The notes beneath the pieces are model-generated. The model was not told the origin of the DNA. It saw nothing but the letters and a program-made list of their open reading frames with translations, and ran no database searches. This document shows positions 41,644-52,600 of a DNA stretch of 64,000 nt, piece after piece. Both the position numbers and the translations under genes were made by a program. The first letter of the stretch is position 1, and each line of letters starts with the position of its first letter. The DNA is from Chrysomallon squamiferum (Eukaryota; Animalia; Mollusca): contig CM022670.1 of the NCBI GenBank assembly GCA_012295275.1, forward strand, positions 14,012,001 through 14,076,000, written 5' to 3'.

Positions 41644-44150
41644 TTAAACATCGGCGCTGAATCCACTCCGTTCTGATTTAATATGTTTTTCACTTTCGTC
41701 CACAAATTTTGCTTCTATGTTGAAAACATCGGCGCTGAATCCACTCCGTTCTGATTTAATATGTTTTTCACTTTCGTCCACACATTTTGCTTCTATGTTG
41801 AAAACATCGGCGCTGAATCCACTCCGTTCTGATTTAATATGTTTTTCACTTTCGTCCACAAATTTGCCTTCTATGTTGAAAACATCGGCGCTGAATCCAC
41901 TCCTTTCTGATTTAATATGTTTTTCACTTTCGTCAACAATTTTTCCTTCTATGTTGAAAACATCGACGCTGAATCCACTCCGTTCTGATTTAATATGTTT
42001 TTCACTTTCGTCCACAAATTTTGCTTCTATGTTGAAAACATCGGCGCTGAATCCACTCCGTTCTGATTTAATATGTTTTTCACTTTCGTCCACAAATTTT
42101 GCTTCTATGTTGAAAACATCGGCGCTGAATCCACTCCGTTCTGATTTAATATCTTTTACACTTTTGTCAACAACTTTTCCTTCTATGTTGAAAACATCGG
42201 CGCTGAATCCACTCCGTTCTGATTTAATATGTTTTTCACGTTCGTCCACAAATTTGCCTTCTATGTTGAAAACATCGGCGCTGAATCCACTCCTTTCTGA
42301 TTTAATATGTTTTTCACTTTCGTCAACAATTTTTCCTTCTATGTTGAAAACATCGACGCTGAATCCACTCCGTTCTGATTTAATATGTTTTTCACTTTCG
42401 TCCACAAATTTTGCTTCTATGTTGAAAACATCGGCGCTGAATCCACTCCGTTCTGATTTAATATCTTTTACACTTTTGTCAACAACTTTTCCTTCTATGT
42501 TGAAAACATCGGCGCTGAATCCAGTCCCTTCTGATTTAATATGTTTTTCACTTTCGTCCACAAATTTTGCTTCTATGTTGAAAACATCGGCGCTGAATCC
42601 ACTCCGTTCTGATTTAATATGTTTTTCACTTTCGTCCACAAATTTGCCTTCTATGATGAAAACATCGGCGCTGAATCCACTCCTTTCTGATTTAATATGT
42701 TTTTCACTTTCGTCAACAATTTTTCCTTCTATGTTGAAAACATCGACGCTGAATCCACTCCGTTCTGATTTAATATGTTTTTCGCTTTCGTCCACAAATT
42801 TTGCTTCTATGTTGAAAACATCGGCGCTGAATCCACTCCTTTCTGATTTAATATGTTTTTCACTTTCGTCAACAATTTTTCCTTCTATGTTGAAAACATC
42901 GGCGCTGAATCCACTCCGTTCTGATTTAATATCTTTTACACTTTTGTCAACAACTTTTCCTTCTATGTTGAAAACATCGGCGCTGAATCCACTCCGTTCT
43001 GATTTAATATCTTTTTCACTTTCGTCCACAAATTTGCCTTCTATGTTGAAAACATCGGCGCTGAATCCACTCCTTTCTGATTTAATATCTTTTTCACTTT
43101 CGTCAACAACTTTTCCTTCCATGTTCAAAACATCGGCGCTGAATCCACTCTGTTCTGATTTAATATGTTTTTCACTTTCGTCCACAAATTTTGTTTCTAT
43201 GTTGAAAACATCGGCGCTGAATCCACTCCTTTCTGATTTAATATGTTTTTCACTTTCGTCCACAAATTTTGCTTCTATGTTGAAAACATCGGTGCTGAAT
43301 CCACTCCGTTCTGATTTAATATGTTTTTCACTTTCGTCCACAAATTTTGCTTCTATGTTGAAAACATCGGCGCTGAATCCACTCCGTTCTGATTTAATAT
43401 GTTTTTACACTTTTGTCCAACAAATTTTCCTTCTATGTTGAAAACATCGGCGCTGAATCCACTCCGTTCTGATTTAATATCCTTTTTACTTTTGTCAATA
43501 ACTTTTGCTTCGATGTTTAAAACGTCAGCCGAAAAACCAGTTGTCTCGCTATATTCGTTCACTTCGTTATTATCATCCAACACTGCTGATAGCATCCCAC
43601 AAGTTACTGACATTCCATTCATAGATTTCTTTGATGTTCCTTTGCTGTTGTCTCTTCCAGTCAGGGAAAAGTTGCCACATGTCAATCCGAATCCGTTTTC
43701 CTCTGTTTCAGTTCATCTGGAACTGGTGATTTCACCTGTGACGGCGACGTTTGCTACACTGAAAAATCCACCGGACTGTTTACATTTCGACTGTGGACTT
43801 CCTTGGTTTATGTTTACATTAAAAGCGGAGAAGGAAAATCCATGCCTCTCTATGTCATCGCCACCGGATGACCCAAAGTTAAATAAACCAATATGCAGCC
43901 CAGTTGATTTTTGATTATTTTCTTTCTCGCGTTCAGTTTCCTCTGCAGAAACTTTGCTTTCTGAAGTGTTTTCTTCTGTTGTCAGCGTATCTTGCGCTGC
44001 ATCGCCGTCATTATTAGAATGTGTTTGATCGCTGTTTTCATTTCCATCATCTTCAGAAGTGTTATTCTTTTTGCCGCAGTTTCCACCGAGTTCTTCAGTT
44101 TCGGCTAGTGTCGTCAGTTTTTGATCTACTAGTCTCTGCAACACTTCTCA
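41644..44150 (-). CDS. Unrecognised 26-aa tandem-repeat protein (consensus SERSGFSADVFNIEAKFVDESEKHIK), interrupted by one in-frame TGA and one probable artefactual frameshift
   Basis: Three ORFs (44144-43713, 43685-43353, 43341-41644) are colinear. The first two are in the same frame across the TGA at 43715-43713. The second and third are separated by an 80-bp (+2) repeat unit at ~43400-43430. An acidic N-terminal region is followed by degenerate, then near-perfect, 26-aa units. The true start is unknown. Confidence 0.55.
41647..43530. repeat. 78-bp tandem repeat array, ~24 copies, with higher-order structure
   Basis: The unit aaaacatcggcgctgaatccactccgttctgatttaatatgtttttcactttcgtccacaaattttgcttctatgttg recurs every 78 bp, with recurrent variant units. 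Confidence 0.98.
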
Positions 44151-44239
44151 AAGAACCGCCTTTATATAGACTATTATATTTTTATTTATTTTATGGCACA
44201 GGCCGCATATTTGTGTTTTTATTATGTCCTCCTAACAGT

Positions 44240-44630
44240 TAGTTTCTGGGGAAAAAAAGAAAAATATTAATAGCGAATGCTTATCCCTCGCATGAACGAT
44301 TAGTAACTGAAAACAATTTCCGAGAAAAACACTCTTTTCTGTCCTCAGTAGCATGAACTTAGATAAGTTATTTTTTATAGCAAAAGTCAAGTGAATGATC
44401 TGTATAAATCGGATACGCTCTAAAAAATAGTTTCTGGGGAAAATAAAAAAATTAAAAATTAACAGCGAATTTTTACGGGGAATCTCGTTTTGCAAGAACG
44501 GTTTGTAGTTGAAGAGGACATTCGAGAAATTAAATGTTTCCTACTTTTTATTTCCGTCTTTTTTGTCCTCAGTCACGTTTATTTAGATCAGTTCTATTTA
44601 TAACAAATGTGCAGGGACTGATCAGAAATA
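44240..44630. repeat. Diverged tandem duplication, ~190-bp unit x2
   Basis: Both units begin tagtttctgggg/aaa...atta.cagcgaat and contain ttgtcctcagt...ttagat.agtt. Confidence 0.6.
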
Positions 44631-45154
44631 AAATAAAATCGCGGTTAGGCTTTTTCGTTCAGACTGCCGCCATTCTAATCTTAATATTTAAATATTTGAA
44701 TTAGATTTTAATATGTATGGTAGTAAAACGGCCTGATTAGTGTCAAAAAAAAAAAAAAAGAATAATAATCTATTAAATGTAGTTTCGTTAAAGTAATTTT
44801 AAGTTAGAAGTAACTCATGTAAACAGATCTAAAATTAAATGCGTAAACGTCAAGGGACTTATCTAAAAATTTTTTTTAAAAATCAGCCAAGCTTTCTCAG
44901 TCAGACTGTGACGAGTATTGTCAACCAGTGCAGTATTGTTTGTTCAACGCCATGAACCACAAAGTCAGCCGTGTTGTGTCTGCTTACAGTGTTTAATATT
45001 GTACTGAGATTATTACATTTTACATACTGGATACTGCATTTCTTTATTAACTTAGCTTTTCTATACATAGGTAAGACTAAGCAAACTGACAGACAAACAA
45101 ACAAACAAAAACAAAACAAGAAAGGAAACACCCAAATAAATTTAAACAAAGAAA

Positions 45155-45200
<46 letters not shown>

Positions 45201-45325
45201 AACAACAACAACAAAGGAAGAAAGAAAATAACAAATAACAAATGAATTAATAAAATAAGAAAAATCACTGCAGCACCAGCAACAACAACAATAATTATAA
45301 TAAAATATTTATTATTATTATTATT

Positions 45326-45363
<38 letters not shown>

Positions 45364-46585
45364 TATTATTATTATAAGTTTTGAAATACGGGCTTTATAA
45401 AGAAAACATTTCTATTAATATTGTAATATTGTATGTTTGTGCGAGTGCATCTGTCTGTGGGTCCGTTTGTGTGAGATGCGAGTGCATGACTGTAAAATAA
45501 AATATCTAGATAACTTAAGTATTAATTGACTGCATTTTTTTTTTTTTTCTGCCTTGCATATTGTAAAAACACAAGAAAACGTATCTTCATATTAAAATAA
45601 GACGAGCAACAGCATATTAGCATGAAAGAGAAATCAGTCGTGTTTCTACGTAAACTATCGTATCTCCTTTATGAAGTTTATTACAGCACTTACACTTTTA
45701 TATCCGTCCTACAATTCCTGAGGAAATGGGATTTACCGAGAAAAGTCTATTTCCAAGAAAAACGAGTTACTTTTTCCGGCTTTTGTGTATTGTAAGATCA
45801 GTCTAGTTTTTCAATATATAATAGCACACACACACAAACACACACATGCGTGCATACAAACTCACAGATAATACCATTTTTATTTATTTAGTTGTTGTTT
45901 TTTTTTTTTTTTTTTTGTTTGTTATTTTTTTTTAAATTCATAGTCTTTGTTACATTTATCTTCTGCAGAAATGTAAGTTTCAAAGAACGTCAGTGTCTGG
46001 TTTCCATTCAAATATTGATGTTAAAAGCGACTGGATTGTAATATTATAACGATATCATCCGAACTGTAAAAATGCTTATTAATCGATGCTACAAACCATA
46101 GTGAGAACGGTCCTTAACTGTCGTGTTTTGTCAAAATCAGGCGATTACAAACACTAAATCCTTTAGTGGTCTTGGCCAGATTTCAAAATCAGAAAAGTGA
46201 TAGCAGTACTAGTAGTATATAATACAGTAGAGTAGTGAAAGTATTATTAAAATATTACTGGTAATAGTAATACTAATTCTAGTATTCATAGTAGTGGTTG
46301 AAGTTTAGCAATAGAAGTAGTAGTTGTTATAGAAATAATATTAACAGTAGAGGTAGTAGTTGTTTTTAGTTTTAAAGCAATGAATAAAAGACTACATATC
46401 TTTTTAATTCTTTATTTGTTTCCAGTCTTCATTCTGGCTATTGCAGTAAAAAAGAATAAAAAATGTGACCATCAAAGTGCAAAAATTATAAACATAGATT
46501 TAATTACATATATTAAATATATATACATAATATTCACAATGTGCTGTAAAATCAACCTTTTAAATTAGGAACGCGTTTTAATCCT

Positions 46586-46847
46586 CTATGGTGACAATGG
46601 ATTAGCCAAGGAAAAGACAACTCCTGAAGGAATATTTCGCACAATTAAAGTTGCATTGAGACTGTAAATGCCGACAGGTTGGCCAGTAAATACGTCAGTT
46701 AAGCTATAGCCCTTTTTATTGGTCAAACCAATCGTCTCCAGTGTGGTTTTTTTGTAATGCAGGACCACCTCCTGTCCCGTAGTATACAGCGCCGATAGCA
46801 AAACGTGATGCTTTCAATGGCGTGGTCCAAACTTCAAACTTACTGTC
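46586..46847 (-). pseudogene. Isolated terminal exon of a divergent GH27 alpha-galactosidase/NAGA paralogue
   Basis: After the acceptor tactttaag the frame reads DSKFEVWTTPLKASRFAIGAVYYGTGGGPALQK-(+1 A in an A7 run at ~46750)-TTLETIGLTNKKGYSLTDVFTGQPVGIYSLNATLIVRNIPSGVVFSLANPLSP*. It aligns over its whole length with NAGA exon 7 (DVWTKP..., [20 protein letters not shown]..., INPTGIFMF) and has the same phase-0 acceptor. Confidence 0.75.
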
Positions 46848-47289
46848 CTTAAAGTAAAGACAAATATAAAAAAAAATTAAAAATAAATAAATAAATAAAT
46901 AAAATTAAAATGATTTGCTGTTAATTATGAATTGCCATAGTATAAGTATAATAATTAATAATACCTTTTTGTTTTGCCATTATTTCGTCTGTGATCGGTT
47001 TTTGTTTGTTTGTATGTTTGTTTGTTTTCTTTTTTAAATTTCTTTTTTAAATTTATGCGCTATGAAAGCGCATGCATAAAGTCAGACAAGAAAAATGAAT
47101 TATGATGATCGAGTTAATGGACGCTACTAATGAAACCAAAAGAATTATTCAAAAATATTTTTTAATTGAATATCAACCTTTACATATTAATAAGAATCAC
47201 AGTTAAACAATTCTATTGTCCAAACGACGTTTCCACAATTACTCGGTAAGCCACGCCCCCTTAGTTACTGTTACTACGTCCCACAAGCG

Positions 47290-47589
47290 AACAACAAAAA
47301 CAGCGGGATCGCTATCAGACGACGTGGCTGATCTAAAAGGTATTGGAGATGATGTGTCGGTGTTGTGTCTTCCTGAGAGCTCGGGCCTTTCCACAAAGGC
47401 ACAACAGAAGGATTAAATTATTTTACGCCATGCTACATCCACGATATAAAAATTTCCGACGAAAATCAACCGAAAGTAAAAGCAAGATGCTGTCGTTCCA
47501 TGAAGAAAAATGATTCGGCAGACTAACTGCATATTCACGTTTGCTTGGAGAAGAAACAGTCACAGGCTAACTGCTCCTGTAAAGCTGGA
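47290..47589 (+). mobile_element. Decayed SWIM-zinc-finger ORF of the type carried by ISL2EU/PIF-Harbinger-related DNA transposons
   Basis: With one frameshift and one stop it reads LSDDVADLKGIGDDV...SSGLSTKAQQ/GLNYFTPCYIHDIKISDENQPKVKARCCRSMKKNDSAD*LHIHVCLEKKQSQANCSCKAG. This fits the pattern YIHD...V.A.C.RSM.K...A.CSC.AG that I recall from SWIM(+YqaJ) accessory ORFs. A GC box ccacgcccc lies just upstream. Family assignment is from recall, not from a search. Confidence 0.55.
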
Positions 47590-48118
47590 TGTGTATATTT
47601 TGGTATTAAACTGAATAAAAGAAAAGTAACAAATCACAATATAAGAAATGGCACACGTGTCTTAAAGCTGCATTGTCAAGACTGTTTGTAATAGTTGAAC
47701 ATTTCAAATAGATCGCCCAAATGTTTAGTTTGAATTTACCTCACAACCAGTTTTGGTCATATGCATCACATACACAACATACAGGTTTTTTGGTGGGTTT
47801 TTTTACAGTTTTTGTGTTCCAACCAGAGCACCGTAATTGGTATATACTAGCTTATCTGTCGAATGGTACTGCTTATAAAAATGTGTGAATAACGTGTGTG
47901 TGTGTGTGTGTATAAATATGTAAGAAAGTGTGGGTATATATGTTTGTTTGTTAGAGAGAGTCTGGGTATATATACATGCCTGTCTGAAAGATATTGTGCT
48001 TGTGTATGGGATGGGTGTTGCAGTTTCGATATGCAAGCGAATGTGAAAGTATATACGTGTCCATGTAAAACAAAGTTGGGTATATGTGTTTGTGTGTTAG
48101 AGAGAGAATTGCTATACA

Positions 48119-48185
<67 letters not shown>

Positions 48186-48364
48186 TGTACAAATGACTAA
48201 TCTTAAGTCTATGGAAATTAATATTTAGATCTGGGGAAAAAATTTGTCATTCATATTAAATACGAAATTAAAATGCTGTTTCAGATGTTTTTCTCATCAC
48301 AATAATAGTAAAACGAAACTGCTTTATCTAGTAAGAAAAGCACAAATCACATCACATTTAAATG

Positions 48365-48635
48365 AACTGATCTAAAGTAAAATGATTGTATTCAGCACAA
48401 CTTTGATGCAGGCTTATTACCAGATGTGAGATACTTTACAGTTCTTTTTAAAAAATATATATTTGTAATGTTTTGCTTCAAATGCTGATGTACTTGCTGA
48501 CTGCCTGTTTATATTTCGCATACTTAAACTGGAATGACTAATTAGGATTATCGTCTTAAACAGAATTATCAAATCACTTATGTTTATTTAAATGTGAAAA
48601 AAATAAATCAAACATTCAATAAAAAGAAAATCATT

Positions 48636-48666
<31 letters not shown>

Positions 48667-48923
48667 TAATAACAATAACAATAACAATAAACAACATCAA
48701 CAACAACAACAACAATACAAACAATAATAATTGATCTATAACTTAATACCCAGTGAATTAACTGGTCCCATTTTAATAAGATCAGTTTGCACTCCTGTTT
48801 CAAAGGTTGATCTGCTGTGAAGGCTGGAAATATCATGTAGTAATGTCCAAAGAAAACCTTCAAACAAGAGAAAAACACCATAAAAAAACCCAACATATTT
48901 ATTAAATCAAAATTTTCTGTAAG

Positions 48924-48965
<42 letters not shown>

Positions 48966-49462
48966 TGAAGAAGAAAAAGAAGAGGAAGAAGAACATTTTG
49001 AAATTTTAATAAAAATGAAACTAACAGTATTTCACTGTTTAATGTAGATATAAATTCATATATTTAACTGCATAAAGAAAAATTAATATATTAAAAAAAA
49101 AGTAAATTGGAAAAATTGAAACTTCATCTATATGAAATTAAAATGCTTTTTTATAGTGAAGACTAAAGATATACAAAGATTATAATTTGTGATAAAATTG
49201 GAAAAAAGGTAAATGAATTTGTATCTACAGTTTTAATATATAACAATCTTGATGTACTTTACATGCACATTAGCATTCTTAGATGTATTTATGTAGCATC
49301 TCACTTAATGTCATTATTTTTCCACAAACAAGTGATGAATGTATTTTCATCTTGCTATTTTCATTTGTATAAATAATTTTTCTTTACAATAAAGAAAACA
49401 GTCACAAGTGAATAAGTAGTTAGTAGATCATGCCTTTTAAGTACCAATTGTTAAAAATATAA

Positions 49463-49502
<40 letters not shown>

Positions 49503-49505
49503 AAC

Positions 49506-49541
<36 letters not shown>

Positions 49542-49630
49542 TACCTTTGTCTGGACCATTTTTCTCAGCATGTAACTTAAATAATATAACAGAGTAACCA
49601 GCAATGTATGAAAAGTTATGCTATTATTAA
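48365..49630 (-). pseudogene. OFD1: Duplicated OFD1 fragment (exons 4-5 with flanking introns)
   Basis: Homologous to 26547-27770. The exon 5 copy 48857-48750 encodes GFLWTLLHDISSLHSRSTFETGVQTDLIKMGPVNSL. The exon 4 copy 49575-49545 encodes LHAEKNGPDK. There are no exons 1-3 or 6 onward. Confidence 0.9.
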
Positions 49631-52600
49631 ATTCATCAATTTAGAACTCAAATTCAACTTTAATCCGTAACAGCTGTATATTACTACTAAATTCTCATTT
49701 AAACGTTTTTTGTTTTTTGTAACAAACGTTTTTTTTTTTTTTTAATTCAAAACAGAATGGTCTCTGGAGAACTATAGTGTTTTCATTCTTTTAACAGACA
49801 ATTCGATGACAATGAAACCACTGAACCAAATTCCCTATTTTCTTGGTCTCCTGGTTGCATTTCTGTCATTAGTTGGCAGTTTGGACAATGGACTGGTCAG
49901 GACTCCACCAATGGGGTGGATGGACTGGGAACGTTTCAGGTGTAATGTAGACTGTGATACTGATCCAGATAACTGTATAGGGTATGTTTTTGTAGTAGTA
50001 TTGTGTATAATGTGTACAAGCTTTGTTGGTAAAACATGGGTATCTGACACTGAGGACCTAGTTCAGATCCTCTTGGTGGAGAATGATTCAACTGTGCAAT
50101 AAATTCATTTTCCCCTCCAGTGACTTTTTTTTTCAAATTTAAATCTAGAAGTCTCTAGTGAAGTCTCTCTGAAGACTTTTTTAAAAATAAACTATATTTT
50201 ATAATGTTCTCCATTCAGAGAGAGACTTTTCATGAGAACAGCAGATCGCATGGTTAAAGATGGTTACAGAGATGCAGGCTATGTGTACATTTCCATTGAT
50301 GACTGCTGGATGTCTAAAGAACGAGATTCTCACTTAAAACTGCAGGCAGACCCAAAACGTTTTCCTCATGGCATCAAATGGCTGGCAGATTATGTATGTC
50401 ATAATCCCATCTATTCTTTCTTTTAAATATTTTACATCTTTTATATTTTTTTTAACATATTTATTTATAAGATATTTACAGACAAATTCAGAAAATATTT
50501 TTATTTCACATAATATAGAGGCCTATTTGTATTGATGGATGGATGGATGGATGGATGGATGGATGGTTGAATGTGTGTGTGTATACACACACACATACAC
50601 ATTATGCATATATACATAAACATAAAAACTAATATTTTCATGAACACACACACACACACACACATTGATATTTCACATTAATTTTCTTTACAATGATTTA
50701 ATAATAGTATTCAAAAATGTCCTTTTCTTTATTATTATTTATCAATTAAATCAATTTGTAATTAGATGCATAAAAGAGGCCTGAAGCTTGGTATTTATGA
50801 AGACTTTGGTACAAAAACTTGTGGGAGTTATCCTGGCAGTGAGTTCTTTTTAATGACTGACGCCCAGACATTTGCACAGTGGGGTGTTGACATGCTCAAA
50901 TTAGATGGGTGTAATTCTCATGTGGATCAAATGCCTCAAGGTTAGTTTAGATTTTTTATTTAAAAATGTAAGCTAAACACTTTTCATTGTTTGTTAAAGA
51001 TAATTTTTCTTTTAAAATTATTTTATTTAATGTGAGATAAATGGATTTATTAAAAAGATTAGAAAGGAGAAAAGTATCTTTTATTTTAATTTAATTTTCC
51101 TTCATTTACTTCCATTTTATTTGTATGTTGTTAAAACTATTTCTGTTTGATTTCTGTATTTTATTACTATATTAGTAAAATTTATTTCAGGTTACACAGC
51201 AATGGGAAAGTTTTTAAACAATACTGGTCGACCGATACTTTACTCTTGCAGTTGGCCTGCTTATTCAGGTTCTGGTAAAAAAGTGAGATATGTTGTTTTA
51301 AAAATTATTAATATATAAATAGACAAAATTATCTTTAAACAAATATTTGAGATGATAGTCAAGAAAAAATAGATTGAAATATTTTAATATAAATATGTAT
51401 GGCGATTTTGTTTTTCATAGATATTTGAAATATTTATAAAAACACAGAAAATTATAATAAAATTAAAATGTCATGTAAGAAAATCAAAATATTCAAATTT
51501 AGAAAATTAAAGATTTTTGTTTTAAATATTTTTGACAAACATCATTTATTTTCTTTATGTATGAGCATAACTGAATATCCTCTAATTAATGACATTTTTG
51601 TTATCATAGCAATAATACTTCTAAAATAAAGAATAAAATAAATAAATAATGAATAAATAAACTGAATGTATCTCTAGATATTCAAAATAAGTTGTTTTAA
51701 AATTCAAGAATAATATGGGGTAAAATTTTAATGTAAGGTTTGTCAGTAAATGTTAAAGTATTCAGTTAATTAAAGCTACACTACCATCTAAAAAAATCTC
51801 CCCCCCAAAAAAAATAAGAATAATAAATTTAAAATAAAGCAGAAAAACAAATATTTCAACTCTGATACTTAAAATTAAATACAATGTTTATAGCTATGAG
51901 ATTTAATTATTATTATCATCCACTTTTTGAAGTTGAATCTCACAAATTTAAATTTAAAATAGAGGGAAATGTAAATTGTGGTATCTTCCATGTTATTACC
52001 AATTACAGTGTGAACAAATTGCAGAAATATAATTAATTTTGTTCTGTTTAAGAAAATCAGTCTTGCTAATAATAAAATATGAAAATATTTGAATCATTCA
52101 GACCTGTGCACATGGCAGAGATAACTCCAGTTGTGTAGTTGGTCTATGAAATGTGAATACTCTGGATTTACAATTTCAGAATCTGAAAATATTAATTCTT
52201 CATATTCCAGGGCATACAGCTGGATGTTTGGACAAAGCCAATATTACCAAAAGGAAGTTTGGCTGTGGCTATCATCAATGGCAATAACAAAGGCGTTCCA
52301 CAGAAAGTGGTTGTTAGTTTGAAAGAACTTGGACTGACTGATCCAGCAGGGTACAATGTAACTGAATCATTTGATGGACTGTCCCTTGGAGTGGTGCAGC
52401 TTCATACTAACTTGCTACTTCATATCAATCCTACTGGTATTTTTATGTTTACAGCAGTGCCAGTAAACACTCGTGTGAAAGCTAGGCAGTATAATTAGTT
52501 GATGATTTAATAGATGAGGTTAGAAACATATATAATAATCATATGTATGTTTGTTTGTGTGAGCTTGTATAAATATATACTGATGTGTATGTACACACGT

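Noticed and set aside
41717-43441. 574-aa + strand ORF (MLKTSALNPLRSDLICFSLSSTNFAS)n
   Set aside because: It is the antisense shadow of the 78-bp array. The degenerate units conserve the - strand reading (G-F-S...N), not this one.
41647-43530. CRISPR-like array
   Set aside because: The units are contiguous 78-bp tandem copies with no unique spacers, there are no cas genes, and the context is eukaryotic.
43713-43715. Selenocysteine reading of the in-frame TGA
   Set aside because: The position is a polar linker with no Cys homologue in other units, and no SECIS is evident. A nonsense mutation or sequencing error is simpler.
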